A stretch of DNA of 63,986 bases, counting the filler, from Reticulomyxa filosa (Eukaryota > Protista > Foraminifera): NCBI GenBank assembly GCA_000512085.1. It is 16 parts of 16 records of this genome, joined end to end, with 100 filler letters (N's around TTAATTAATTAA, not from the genome) between each part and the next. Parts side by side here need not be neighbours in the genome. Positions count along the whole stretch, not along the records: positions 34,360 to 39,778 come from ASPP01003373.1; positions 39,879 to 41,840 come from ASPP01005139.1; positions 41,941 to 46,549 come from ASPP01021449.1; positions 46,650 to 47,818 come from ASPP01046472.1; positions 47,919 to 50,720 come from ASPP01010725.1; positions 50,821 to 53,814 come from ASPP01000795.1; 10 more parts are not named here. One strand, 5' to 3'. A program made the position numbers and the translations under genes. Each line of letters starts with the position of its first letter. The stretch's first letter is position 1. This document shows, one piece after another, positions 37,727 to 51,169 of the stretch. The notes under the pieces are model-generated. The model was not told the origin of the DNA and did not search any database. It saw only the letters and a list, made by a program, of their open reading frames with translations.

Positions 37727-38081
37727 CACCTGACGCAACAAAACAAAAGAGCACAGTTTTTTTTTTTGTAAAGGGAAAAAAAAGCAGTTTTTAAGTTTAA
37801 AGCCTATACGACAGAAAATGAAAGAGATTGTAGGAAAAAAATAAAAATAAAAAAATTGTTTTGTGAAATGGATCTCAAAAATCTGCAAGCAAATGTTTTC
37901 TAAAGAAATACTCTATCTCTCACTTACTCATAAGGATATCGGAAACGTAGACATGACAAGAAGGAAAAAAAAAGGGGTAGATTCAAATGAACAATTAGCA
38001 TTTAATTAACCTCCATTTCTTTTGATAAGCAGTATGCAAATGATATGTGCACACACGCACACGTTAAAAAAAAAAACAATT

Positions 38082-38635
38082 TTATGTAGTTTTCTCACCG
38101 GCAACAACACCTTTGCGTTTGAGTTCTTCTTTAAGGTTGGCAAAGTACCCAATGTCAGGATAGCCATTTGTTTCGACACCACCAGTCATGGATGTTTTGA
38201 AAGGGATTGCATTGGACACGATAGCATCGTCAGTACGCATGACAGCCGAATATCCGATGGTGAAGAGGAGGCGCCTCTTCCAAGCGATTTTGAGCAATTC
38301 CAACACATCGCGCCCCTCTTCGGTGTCCGGACAATAGGCGACGAGTGTCATGGCAGAGTAGGATTTTCCAGGATTGGGATGTTCATGATTCTGCACGCCC
38401 TTTTCGAAGTTGAACGTCAGCACGAACGTTGAGCAGGTCTCATGACCTTGGCAGCTCGTCTTGACTTTTGTGATCGTCAAAGTGCCGTTGGGTTGGTTGC
38501 CGCTTTTCACGTTGTAATTGCGATGGCACGTGGGACATTGGCGATTATCTCCGACCCAGTGCAGCACACAGCCAATATGGAACAAGTGTGCCGGACATTG
38601 CATTAAGGCGACTGCTATCTCGTCTTTACATTTCA

Positions 38636-38676
<41 letters not shown>

Positions 38677-39686
38677 GTTATCATTTTTTTTTATTCTCGT
38701 TTTCATTTTGGTTGATAATTGTTTGTAACGTATATTGTATGTGTACGTTGCATTTTAGAGTGGTTCATCATTGTATAAAAGAGGGGACACCAATCGGATC
38801 GATAAAAGGGGATATAAAAAAAACTCTTAAAAAAAAAAAAAAAACTGGTTAATTTAGTCCTGTCAACAAAAGTAGCCCAAGGTCTGTCTTGATGTAAAAC
38901 TTGAATGACAACGTCTTCTTCTTTTTGATCAGTGTCTATACAAGGGATTACTTCGATGTCTGTTTCTTTGCTTTGATCCGTCTTTTCTTTTTCCGTTTCT
39001 GTTTTTGTTTGGGATGGAGCAGTCGGCTTGATGGACAACATATCATTCCACCAGCTTTCTGTGTTGTCGACTCTGGGCAGTTCAATCTCGACAGTGTTGG
39101 CTTTGTTCTTGTCTCCGACAATCTCGTCGTTGTCTTCGTCTCCGTTGACGCTGCTCGTGGTGCTATTGGCAAGTGAGGGTGACATCATTCCCCCCAATGT
39201 CCGAGTTTTTTCGGATCCGGGGCCCTTTGTGGTCGATCCTGGACTCGTCACGATGGCTTCGTTTTTGTCATCACCGTCACCATCACTGTCAGAGTCTATC
39301 TGTTCTTGCGACAATGGTTTCACTCGATTGGACGATACAGCTTTGGAAGCAGTTTTTCCCTTTTCTTTTTCTTTTTCCTTCTCTTTTTCTTTTTCTTTTT
39401 CTTTTTCTTTTTCCTTTTCCTTTTCTTTTTCTTTTGTATTAATCTCTTGTACGCGTGCCACAACCTCTTTCTCCTCGTCTCGCTTCTTCGCATCGTTCAG
39501 TTCTTTGGTCTTTTGATAGTCGCGCAGACTTTCGCGTTCCACTTTGATTTGGTTGTGCATGTCTTGCAGTTCCTCCTCGCTCATGTGCAGTATGTTTTCC
39601 TTCGCCGAAAACTCTTCTCCGCAGATCTGACAGGCCAATTGTGACTTGTCCAAATTCTGGAAGCATTCCCAAAAAACGTATTTCAA
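38082..39686 (-). CDS. Deltex-family E3 ubiquitin ligase (RING-H2 + Deltex C-terminal domain), 3' portion
   Basis: CPAHLFHIGC..W..CPTC followed by GNQPNG, GVQNHEHPNPG, AYCPDTEEG..VLELLKIAWKRRLLFTIG, GYPDIGY..LKEELKRKGV. Confidence 0.9.
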
Positions 39687-39737
39687 AAAAAAAAAAAAGA
39701 ACCAAAGTTTTTTTTTTCGAAAAAAAGAAAACGTATA

Positions 39738-39778
<41 letters not shown>

Positions 39779-39878
39779 NNNNNNNNNNNNNNNNNNNNNN
39801 NNNNNNNNNNNNNNNNNNNNNNTTAATTAATTAANNNNNNNNNNNNNNNNNNNNNNNNNNNNNNNNNNNNNNNNNNNN

Positions 39879-41072
39879 TTGTCGTCGTAGTAATTCATAC
39901 CATTTTTTTTTCAAAGGGTTCCACTTTTTTTTTAACCGTTTCAATATTTTCTCTTCTATTCAATTCGAAATGCCAACAACAATAACAATAACAATAACAA
40001 TAACAATGAACAAAAAAAAAAAAAAAAAAAAAGAAATGTATGTTATCTCTTGTTTTGAAACAAGCATTTACGTGTTCCATTTTCATTGTCATCCTTTTTA
40101 TCCATGACGCCACAATACCATTTTTTCGTGCGTTGAGAAGACCATTTTAATTTGAAATCTTGACTCTTTTTCAATTTGACATACTTTTGCATAGCAGCAA
40201 TAGACGACAGTGGCAATGGGTTGATGGATTCCAAGTCGGTCGGTAAAGAGATGCCGACGCCTATTGGGACACAGCGGTTTACAACGGCAGGTTTAGTTCC
40301 CTTGAAAATGCGTCCACTGTTTTTCATTTGCTCGTGGACCAAGTCTTCCGACTCAATGAATGACCTGCCAAAACGGTCGCTTGGCTTGGCCACAACGTTA
40401 CAATACGTTCGATAGTCTTTCGTTGTTTGATTGGTTGCGCTTTTTTCTTTTTTTTCTTTTGTATCCTCGGCTATCACTTTCGCACTTTCATCTTTCTCTT
40501 TCTTGTTTTCGCTCTTCTTGCTTTTTTTGTTGTCTTCATCTTCTTCACTTGTATCGCCGGCATCGCTCCAAACATCTTTCAATTTTTTTGCACTTTTTTT
40601 TACTTGCCCTTTTTTCTTTACTGCTGTCTTCGTTGCTGATGCTGCCTTTTGTGCTATTACATTACGCTGTATTTCCATTTTTTTTATTTTTATGTGTTTT
40701 TATGTGTCCCCCCCTTCTTTGGTATGGCATCGATTGAACTACACAAACACTTTTTTTTTAATTGTTATTGTTTCAAACTCACACCTTTTGAATATCCAAC
40801 TTTGGTGGAACATTTATCTTGCTGGCCTTATCAGGGACAGTCACAATTTTGTGCCCTTTTTGTTTCAATTTTTTCAATGCATTTTCTCGCTTTTGGTGCT
40901 TCGTAAGCTCTTTTGGCGCTCTGTCTATGAAAAAACCGCTTTCGGGCTGGTCCGCTTTGTCTACTAAATAACTTAAAGGAGTTGGAACCTCTATACTTTT
41001 CCAACCACGTTTACCACTTATACGCCCTGCCTTATTTGGCTTTTTTTTTTTATTTGATCTTAATGGAAACAT
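39879..41072 (-). CDS. Lys-rich exons, probably the N-terminal part of the Deltex gene across the gap
   Basis: Same strand, ATG at 41072. WYCG..KCLFQN before the gap and LACQICG after it could form one zinc ribbon. Linkage is inferred. Confidence 0.5.
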
Positions 41073-41494
41073 AATGACGGTATTCTATAATCAATATGCA
41101 GCGACCCCTTTTCTTTGTCTTTCAAATTATATCATTACTTTTATATTTTGGCTAGGCAAAGATATTTTTGTTGCACAAAAGTTGTAATTATATAAGCAGT
41201 TAACCAAATTTGGCTTTAGTTGGTATCGAGAACAAAACAGTCTGGAACTGCTTTTTCATCTTTGATCGATATCGTTGGTTTACCATTAAAGTTGAAATGT
41301 GTATCCCATTCTTTAAAACCTTGGATATGCCACTTGGAATTATCTGCAGCGCTTTTAAGTGTTAGTTTACCTAATTTGATGTTACTTGAGTAGTTTGTGC
41401 TGAAACAAATAAGAAAATAGGTGGGTCGGTTCTGTCTCCATACGTTTTTTGTTTCAGAATATTTTCATCGACAAAATATAAATAAATAATAATA

Positions 41495-41815
41495 ATGACG
41501 AATCATTGTCTTGTTTGTGGGCCAAGAGTAAGTGGCATTATATTTATTTATTTCAGTCTGGCTAATTTCTTTTGAATGTGGTGTTGGTAACAGAAAAGTG
41601 GAAAAAAGAATTTGCTACTGCGTGTGATGAAAAATGATTCAGCAGCTTTCAAAAAAGACACGAGCCAAAATTTTGAAGTGTGTGAATGGAACACCAGTAA
41701 CAAATACTACACGGCACAAATATCGTTTACAGTAGCAACAGATCGAGCTACCATCTCTACACTCGCACCTTTTCAGGCCATTGTGCTAGTGTTGGATCTG
41801 ACATCCTCGCATGTT
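41495..41815 (+). CDS. AAGAB: AAGAB/Irc6 (adaptin-binding protein p34)-like, 5' part
   Basis: Degenerate P-loop CLVCGPR/KSGK, characteristic W.TSNKYYTAQI and AIVLVLDL. Confidence 0.62.
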
Positions 41816-41940
41816 TCGTGACTTTTCTCTCTCTCTCTCTNNNNNNNNNNNNNNNNNNNNNNNNNNNNNNNNNNNNNNNNNNNNTTAATTAATTAANNNN
41901 NNNNNNNNNNNNNNNNNNNNNNNNNNNNNNNNNNNNNNNN

Positions 41941-42812
41941 CAATTATATGTCGTATACGTTCCCTGGTGTGAAAAGAAATCGGCCCGTTGGAAATACCCC
42001 GACTACTGGTACTCGTTGTCGTGGACGATTCCTGACACGTCCCCTACCCGTACCATTGAGATAATAATGATCGATACGGTGATCATGTGTGGACAACAAC
42101 AAGACCAAAAAGACTGTGAAAAGCGAGGCATTCCTTTGTCCGAGTGCAAACTCGAGATTACCGGGCCTGAGGATAAAGAGACTGCAGATGATGAATGGCA
42201 ATGGCTGCAACAACAACTGCAGCAATCAACGGCAGATTTCTTGATCGTTTGTGGACATTATCCTGTGTATTCCATTGCCGAACATGGTCCCACTGCTTGC
42301 TTAGTCGATCAACTGGAGCCATGGCTATTGCAGTACAATGTCACTGCTTACGTCGCTGGACACGTATGTTTTTATATATATGTGTATATGTATGTATATA
42401 AAAATATGTGTATGTATATGTTTGTTTTGTATATATTGTAACACTATACACTTGCACCCAACTTAGGACCATACGTTTGAATATATCAATGTACCTGGCC
42501 AATATGTCAATTACATTGTCACTGGAGGTGCACATGAATGCGACAATTCTACGGAACACGAGGTTTGTTTGTTTTCTTATGGCAAATTTTTAATACTTTT
42601 TCGTGTACAAGCTATTTAAAAAAAAAAAAAATGCTGTATTTAAAAACTTTTGCGAACAGGCTAACATTCCAGAGAACTCCTTACGTTTCCACGGATGCGA
42701 AGAAGGGGGCTTTGTGCGATTGCACGCTCAAGACACTTTAAGCTTCACTTTTTACTATGGTAGTGATACCAATGCACAGTATGTTACTCCAGAATTTTCT
42801 CCAAGAAAGTAA
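41941..42812 (+). CDS. ACP5: Purple/tartrate-resistant acid phosphatase (ACP5-like), 3' part
   Basis: IIMIDTV, WLQQQL..ADFLIVCGHYPVYSIAEHGPT..L..YNVTAYVAGH|DH..YIVTGGA, GGF. Confidence 0.86.
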
Positions 42813-43409
42813 TATGAACCCTTCTTGCACATTTTTTTTTTTTGACTTTCTTTTGCAGTAAGATTTTTTTTCTTGATCTTTTTATGCTTGGTTAGATAAG
42901 GACCATTATATTTTTTTCTCTCTTCAATTCTGATTAAATTTAAGTTTGTAATCACTATAAGTAAAAAAGGTATAATACTTCAAGTTTACTAATCGATGAT
43001 CCCCTTATTTTCTTAATTTAATACAGAATGATACAAATTAGTATTCAGTTTTAATGCGTTCCTTACTTGTTCGCATTTAAATCACTTTAATAATCAAGAA
43101 ATTAAATATACGTAAAACAACCGAAAATGTAACGCGTAAAGTGGTTTTTCAAAAAGGTGGTCCAAAAAAAAGGGGTCAAAAACGGAACTTTTAAAAGTGT
43201 TGCAGCATCTTTTGTTGTGTTTGTGCTTGTTTGACGTATGAAATGTCAACTTTATCAGAAAAAGGTAAGATAAGGCTGAATATTGTGTTTGTATGTTTGA
43301 AAATATGCAAATCAAAAAAGGGAAAAAAGCAAAAAAAACTGAAAGTTAGAACTGGTGTATGTTTCTTGTGAGGTGAAATGATTGGAATCTATTGGGAATA
43401 TCATCTGAT

Positions 43410-44242
43410 GGAATATTCAACACTCTTATTGGAAAGACGAAGACAGACTTAATGAAAAGCAAAAAGACAAATATCAACAATTATTAAAACATAATTTGGC
43501 AAAATCAAACTCAAGATCGAGATCAAGATCAAGATCGAAATCGAAATCGAAATCAAAATCGACATCTACTTCTCATTCTCGCTCAACATCTTCTGAAAAT
43601 AAAAAAAACAATCATCAAAATCGAAAACAAAATCGAAATCGAAATCAAAGTCGAAATCAAAATCCAAAAAATCGAAACAGTTTGTTTGCTTGTTTTTGTT
43701 GTTGTTACATTGTATTATTATTTATTGTTATTATGATGTACTGACACAAACAAAAATTACAACTTGCGTTTTTTCGGGAAAAAAAAAAATAGACGTAATG
43801 GAGAAGACACAGACGAAAAAGAAGATAACAAAAAAAACAAATCGAAATCAAAGACAAAGTCGAGGTCAAAAGCAAAATCGAAGAAGAGCAAAAAGGACAA
43901 AATGAAGACAAAAACAAAAGCAAGGAAAAGGATAAAAAAGAAAAAAAAGACAAAACTAAAGAAAGAGCAAAAGATAGAAATATCAAAAAGCAAAGCGAAA
44001 ACGACAAAGAAAAGACAAAAACAAAGAGCAATAGAAATAATAAAAATAGAAGTAGAAGCAGAAGTAGAAGTAGCAATAGCAGCAGCAGTAGCAATACTGA
44101 AGACGGATTAGATGATGAAAACGTGCAATATTCGATAATAAGTGGAAGGAAAATCAAAAAACGTTTGAAAAAGTCCAAACAAGACAAAGTCAGTGATTTA
44201 AACAGAGACCATTACAGGGCTTTCTTAAATGCTTCCATGTGA
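43410..44242 (+). CDS. Small RS/K-rich nuclear-type protein
   Basis: (RS)n/(KS)n tracts; ordered C-terminus YSIISGRKIKKRLKKSKQDK..RAFLNASM*. Homopolymer frameshifts; start uncertain. Confidence 0.5.
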
Positions 44243-44748
44243 CTAAACCCTTTTTCCTTACACGACCAACCACAGTTGATGATTTTTTTTATTTAATACA
44301 AAAATTTATCAATTCTTCAGTTAGTTTTTTTAACTGGTGAACAGTTTACTTGAGGTTGGGGCTATTGATGTGCGAGTTTTTTCAATTGACTTGCTGGATC
44401 TTTTGCTTATCTTACACATTTTTAAGCGCTTGAACATTTTCCATATTTACATTAAGTGATTTTCGCTCTATTTAAAAATCAAAAAATACCAAACATTTTT
44501 TAAAAAATGTACATAAGAGACACTTTGTGGAAAATGAACGACGAGATATAATTCATGGATCAGATGAAAGATGAACACCGAAAAGAGAATATCCAAGAAG
44601 AAAAAACTTCATTCCAAAGAGGAGTTATATTTGATACATTACATGAATTAAGAACAAAATAACAACAAGTATTTTCAAAGGTCCTTTTTTTTTTTTGCTG
44701 TTCACTCAGTTGGTGCGAGTGAGCTTGTATTTACACTAGCTTTCTTGA

Positions 44749-46492
44749 TTAAACTGGGCTGAACTTGGACAAGTAAGGGATCTTCGACATCTCTCCACTT
44801 TCCAGTTCCATTGGGATCGAGCAAATGGAACAAAGATCCTTGCGGAGTTCGTTGGGGATACGAGAAGCTTCCGGTTCCAAAAATTTGTGTGAGTTCGTTG
44901 TATTGTCATTCGAAGGAGTTTCTTGTTGTTTTTTATCCGTCTGTTTATCGGCATTAGGATCTCTCTCCGAGTCATAGTGAGTCTCGTCATCAAAGTCTTC
45001 ATCTTCACTAATCAAAGTTCCAGAAAGGGCAATTTCTTTGCTTACTTCACCTTTCAAGCGTATTTCAACATTGGAGAAATTTTCATCCGGGTTGTCTTTA
45101 TATTCCAAATCGGATCCAATTTCTGAAATAAATCCGCAAAAAAAATTTTTTTTTTTTGGTGAATATAAATGTATATACATTTATATACTTATACATATAC
45201 ATATATTTGTATCAATGATTAAAAAAAAAAAATTAAACTCATTATGTGTTTTGTAAAAAGCCTTGAACCAGTCGTTAATATCTTTTTCATTGGCACATGC
45301 AAAGTGATATCTTCGATTGCTGGCAGTGATTTGAAAGACATGATCTTTGGGAACAGTATTATCGGCACTTTGTTTGGATGAGGGAAGTGAGTCCGAATGT
45401 GCCAGCGAGTCCACATTATCTTTATTTTTTTGACCTTTCGAATGACCGTTTCATGCAAAGAAATATTTCCTTTGACATACATTTGGACCGCTTGTTGAAA
45501 AAACGACTCGCTGAAAAACACAATCGATTTAAACTTTTGACAATGGAAATCCGTGTCAAAATAAAACAACCAACCTTTGGACATTGCAAAATAGCGTTTC
45601 CTCCACACCGTTCCTTTTTTGAAGCTTTTCTTCCACAAATACCCTTCGTGTGATGTCACCAATTGTTTCGCGCCATGTATCGCCTCTTTTAGTCGTAGCA
45701 ACCACTCATCCTTTTTTTTTTTAAAAAAAAAAAAAAATTAATTTATTTATCTATCTTTTTTTTTTTTTTTTAAAAAAAAAAAGCAACTCTTTGCTGTTGC
45801 GATTTGGCAGCAAGCACCCAATTTCTGTCAGGTGTCAGCAGCTGCACCGTATAAGGTAGTCTGTGCTTTTCTCAACCAATCAAAAAAACACGAGAGAAAA
45901 AAAAAAGAAAGTGTAATACGATTGCTTTTTTTTTTTTTTTTTGGAAAGAAAAGTAACGTGTATTGGTCCTCATCTCCGGGACACATGAGCAACACTTCGT
46001 GCAATTTAATCAAACCCATCGGAGTCATATTCTGCTCGTTGTCGTAGTAACGCATTTCGTGGGTATCAAAGACAACGAACCATCTCTTCTTCCACGACTT
46101 GCGCATTTCCCCGCGCTTGACCAACCAGCCCTGATGCAAGCGACCGCCAAAGGCCGCGTTTTCAATTGCATTCTGCCAGCTGTGCAAATCAAAATTGTCT
46201 TTGGCACTCAGCACAAATGTACGCTTGGCCGTCACAATTGCAAACGCAAACTCCTTGTCGACAAACACCACCGACCGACCAGCAGACGTCTTTTTACCAC
46301 TACTGTTGTTGCTTGCATTGATGCTTGGGATGCCGTTCTTGTTTGTCGTCGTCTCTGTTGTCGTCGTCGAGAGAGGCTCGCCCCACACGTCCTCTGTACT
46401 CGCGCCGCCATCTGCGAGCGCCGTATTGCTTCCCGGCAGCAAACTTAACAGCACGCTCTTACTATCTATTCCCAATTGCACCCAACTTGCCA
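44749..46492 (-). CDS. Tandem PH-domain protein, 3' part (about three PH domains)
   Basis: FAIVTAKRTFVLSA..WQNAI; HQGWLVKRGEMRKSWKKRWFVV; HEGYLWKK..WRKRYF; FQITASNRRYHFAC..WFKA. Confidence 0.87.
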
Positions 46493-46649
46493 CTTTTTTT
46501 TTTTTGTGTATCCCACTCTCCCCTTCCCCTTTTTTTTTATTCGATTAAANNNNNNNNNNNNNNNNNNNNNNNNNNNNNNNNNNNNNNNNNNNNTTAATTA
46601 ATTAANNNNNNNNNNNNNNNNNNNNNNNNNNNNNNNNNNNNNNNNNNNN

Positions 46650-47799
46650 TTTATTTTTTGCTTCTTCTAGTAATTGTTTATCTGATGATGATGATGAAAA
46701 TGAAGGATCTATTACTTTTTCTAATTCTCTAATTTTTTGGATTGCTTCTACTCTTTTTCTAAACCTATTAATTCTGAATCTTCTTCACGTAAATTCCATG
46801 CTGCATGTTGTCTTTGTTGGCGCATTTCTGTTTGTACTTTACTACTATATTTATGTTGAAATAAACGATCTGTTCCTTGTGTTTTTGAATATTTTATAAA
46901 CATTACTACTACATCTTTTGATAATATTTCTAATAATTTTTTTGCTATAATATCACGTCCACTATCTCTACCTACTATATAATTTTGTGTATCCAAATAT
47001 TTAAATATTTCTGTTGTTGCTTTGTTAAATCTTGTACAATTACATTTTGTAATGGAAATGCATTTAACACACCTAATGTTTGAAATGTAGTTATCCAAAA
47101 TATTGATTTATTTAATTTTAATTTTAATTTTAATTGTAATTGTAATGATGCTTGTACACCAGGTGATTGTAATTCCACAACTGCTGCTTTTTTTCCTTCC
47201 CAAAATCGTATTTGTTTACAAACTGTTGAAAGATCAGATGTTCCAGATCTTCTTAATACTGTTTCAATTTGTTCTTTCCATTGTTTTAAGCAATTTTGTA
47301 TTTTACACAAATTTTTTAAAACATTGGCTTTTTTATTATTATTACCATTTGATAATGCTTCCCAACTTTTTCCTAATGCATTAACAATATTAATATTACT
47401 TTTTTGTTCTTTATTACATAAATCTATACATTCTTGCACACCTTTTACAAGATCCAATGCAACACCAGATAATAATGATTCATCTTGACTTTCAATTAAT
47501 TTTATTTCCAATTCTCTCAATTTATCCAATACTTGTCCTGATCGACCACTTCTACCAACATTTGCATTTGCACCACCTCCTCTTCCTCTTTGCTTTTGCT
47601 CTTCCAATTGAGCTAATCGAACTGCCGTAGGTACAAAACTATGACGAATGTATGGTAGCATATAACCTAATGGGGATTGATTTGTTACCACTTGTGATGA
47701 TATTGGTCCTCCATGTAATTTTACCATGTCCGCATTTAACTCTTTTTTCGCATCAAAACTTTCTTCTGGTATTTCACCAAATACATCATACGCATACAT
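46650..47799 (-). CDS. Helical/coiled-coil exon(s), possibly the middle of the PH-domain gene
   Basis: Two overlapping long minus-strand ORFs in very AT-rich DNA, between the PH exons and the Q-rich exon; no recognised domain. Confidence 0.5.
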
Positions 47800-47918
47800 T
47801 ACATTTTTATTCGCATTTNNNNNNNNNNNNNNNNNNNNNNNNNNNNNNNNNNNNNNNNNNNNTTAATTAATTAANNNNNNNNNNNNNNNNNNNNNNNNNN
47901 NNNNNNNNNNNNNNNNNN

Positions 47919-47957
<39 letters not shown>

Positions 47958-47959
<2 letters not shown>

Positions 47960-50720
47960 ATAGCGAAACAAGCTGCAACTCAACTCGAACAAAACTTGCA
48001 TTGTCATGTGCAAATCCCACAGTATGTGCGTTGACTTCGGAGGAGGCATTGTCATTGGCCGGATTGATCGTGTTCACTGTGCCCTTGGAAATGTCGTCAT
48101 GTTCATATCCTCCAACGGACTTGCTGATGTGACTGTGTTTGCTGATTTGCATGCCTGGATCTAAAACTTGACTTTCTCTGTGTCTGTGTCCTAGTCTGGT
48201 GCTCAAAGGATTTTTGATCGGATCATTGTTTTGGAGTTCGCTCCCTCCGATTGAACTCGGCTCCGCCGTTGGCGACGGCGAAATAGCGACATCACCGGTC
48301 AATGACGAGTTGGACTGGGGTATACTCCACGCCGAAAGAGTGGAGCCAAAATCGCTGACAAAGTGGGACTTTGGAGTCGATAAGGGCAACACGCTCTCTT
48401 TGCCGGCATGATGTTCCATTGTGCTGGAACTGACAGCATTGGCGTTATGTCCGGTGTTTTCTTTGTTCATCGTCCGCAGCAATTTGAGCTCTTTCTCAAC
48501 CTCCTTTACCAATTGTGACTTGAGCAAGGTGTCACCATCGTTCATCGATACTTTTGCATTTCGATGTTGGAGTTCGCGGATCACTTGCTCGGTGCTCATC
48601 GCAAAGATTAGCCGCCAAATGTCTTGGTTCTTGTAACGAGGATCGAATGTCACCAACTGATTCGAGTTGACCATGTGAGGATCGAGTGAGTCCATGCCAC
48701 TGCCTTCATGACTTCCACTCACCAGTAACGTCGTCGTCGTCGTCGTCGTCGTCGGCTTTTCTTGAGGAGGTGACTGTGAGCGTTTCATCGAAAGCGATGG
48801 CAACTGCTGCATTTCCGAAAGCGGTTGACCTTCCATTGTCATTGCCATTGCCGTGTGGCCCACTCCCACTGTGGACAATGATTGTTGCAACTTTACACCG
48901 CTTGGCACATCTTCGGCCATTTTCGCGCTCGGGACAGTGACAATAACTGCCGAATTGATTCCGACACTCGCATTGACAAGCACGTTTGCTTCCATCGAAC
49001 GTTGTGCAGCAAGAGCGTTCGGCTGTGCTTGCATTTGCATCTGTGATTGTGTTAACACCGTTCCGGCCTGCGAGTGGTTCGACGTTTGCTGCATCAACGT
49101 CGGCTTTGGCGTCTGCGCCGTGATGCTGGCAGTGGTAGAGCCCGGCGTCCCAAAGGAGTACACTGTATTGGAGTGGGGCACAAAATAGCTTCCAGTGATT
49201 GGAGCGCTCGTGTGTGAACTCGCACGGTGGTGTCTCGTGCTCGTGCCCATTCCCGCCAGTCCTGTCAGACCAGTCATCACGCCTGCGGAGGGATAGGCAT
49301 GCGAGTAAAAGGGCTGCGCGCTAAAACTGTTCCTTGACGAGCGATGGGTCGACCCTGGCACGGGGTTGATTATCGTGGCCGTTGGAACCACCGGAGTTGT
49401 GATTGTAGGTACAAATGCTACTGGCACATTCGCGGGGTTGTGGCTACCAATTACAGGGGCATTGCCATTGTTGTTCGTCGTTGGCATTAATTTCACCACT
49501 GAATTTGCTGCGACCTGATTGCTTGCAAGTGAATTACTTAGCGCAATGTCTGCCGCGTTGCTATTGCCATTGCCATTGTTGTTACCCTTGCTACTTGCTT
49601 CTTGCTGGGTGCCATTCTGATTCGAAAGCACGTTGCGTAATGTCACCTCGGTGCTTGAGTTCGCAGATGGCACGTTCGGAATCGTGCCTGCGCCCACTGC
49701 TGCTGTCATGACCGCTTGTGGCGGAGCCGCACTTTTGGCTTGCGTGCTTTGGCTTGGCGTTGTCAATGTGGGGTTGAAGGGGACATTTACATTCGTGCTG
49801 CTCCCCTGAGTCGCCGCGACGGCAGAGGGTATCGGGTTGGTCGCACCTGTTGCTTTGGGAACGATTCCGGAACTTGCCAATGGTACAGCCGGACCTTGGG
49901 ATTGTGCGCTTACCATCGTTGTGCTTATGCTCGGGTTATAATTGGCTATTGGCGGCATCACAGATGCTGCCACGTAAGTATTCATCGCCGAATTGCTCAT
50001 GTCCGAAGTGCTTACAGCATTTGAGTTTTGTGATGTTCTATTCATTGGCGCTGGGATTGTCTGCGGCTGGCCTTTTATTTGGGATTGGCCTTGAGTTTGG
50101 GTTTGAGTTTGAGTTTGCGTCTGAGTTTGAGTTTGAGTTTGTGTCTGGGTTTGCGTCTGTGTTTGAGATTGAAGCGGGGGTTGGTTTTGAATTTGAGTTT
50201 GAGTTTGGGTTTGGGTTTGAAGAAGCTGTGGCTGAGGTTGGGACTGGGGCTGAGGTTGGGACTGGGGCTGAGGTTTGCTTGCTTGAGGTTGATTTGCTTG
50301 AGGTTGATTTGCTTGAGGTTGATTTGCTTGGTTTTGAGTTTTGGCTTGTAATTGAGATTGATTTTTATTTTGTAACTGTGCTTGAGACGGGGATTGAGAT
50401 TGCGATTGTGATTGTGATTGAGTTTGAGATGGTGATTGAAGTTGAGTTTGGGGCTGAGTTTGGGGCTGAGTTTGGGGCTGAGGCTGAGGTTGAGGTTGAG
50501 GTTGAGATTGTGCTTGTGGTTGTGATTGGTTTTGAGGCTGTGGCTGTGGTTGTTGTAGCTTTGATTGCATTTGCTGAGGTGATTGAGGTGGCTGAGGCTG
50601 CAATTGCGGCTGTTGCAGTTGCGTTTTGACGGGAGTTGACTGAAGTTGTGCTTGTGCTTGTGCTTGTGCTTGAGCTTGTGCTTGTGCTTGTGCTTGAGCT
50701 TGTGCTTGGGCTTGTGCTTG
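47958..50720 (-). CDS. Long Q/P/T/S-rich low-complexity exon (>881 aa), possibly the N-terminal region of the same gene
   Basis: Uninterrupted 2.6-kb ORF; small helical motif MSTEQVIRELQHRNA..LLKSQLVKEV. Confidence 0.6.
50085..50720. repeat. Coding hexamer and longer tandem repeats encoding (QT)n, (QP)n, (QA)n, (QANQP)n
   Basis: TTTGAG, TGTGCT and GCTTGAGGTTGATTT arrays are directly visible. Confidence 0.9.
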
Positions 50721-50820
50721 NNNNNNNNNNNNNNNNNNNNNNNNNNNNNNNNNNNNNNNNNNNNTTAATTAATTAANNNNNNNNNNNNNNNNNNNNNNNN
50801 NNNNNNNNNNNNNNNNNNNN

Positions 50821-50949
50821 AAAGAAGATAATGGAATATTGTGTCTTAAATTTGTTGTATTGAAAAAGAAAGATAAGACAAAAAATGTTACATATGATTT
50901 GAATTTGTGTTATGGCTCAAATAATGGTCTCATTCGTATCTGGGGATAA
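50821..50949 (+). CDS. C-terminal end of a WD40-repeat protein
   Basis: GILCLKFVVL..DLNLCYGSNNGLIRIWG*. Confidence 0.65.
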   Translation, partial: KEDNGILCLKFVVLKKKDKTKNVTYDLNLCYGSNNGLIRIWG

Positions 50950-51169
50950 TTTAGTTTTTGTCAAATAAGAAATAAAAGTGTTTTTGTTTGAAAAGTTTGA
51001 TTAAAAGAAATTAAAATGATATTAAGTTTGTTTGCTTTGATTGAATGTAAGTATTGAAAGATGTGTTTATCTTAATTTGTTGTTTAAAAAAATTAGAAAA
51101 GAATCTTCAATGTTTTTAAAGAATTCAAAAGCATAATAATGAAAATTGTATAAAACTACAACAGTATCA

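Noticed and set aside
20930-38684. Apparent nucleotide-signalling cluster (RelA-like, Nudix-Tpt1, Deltex)
   Set aside because: The genes lie on different contigs separated by gaps of unknown size and by unrelated genes; no evidence of an operon-like unit.
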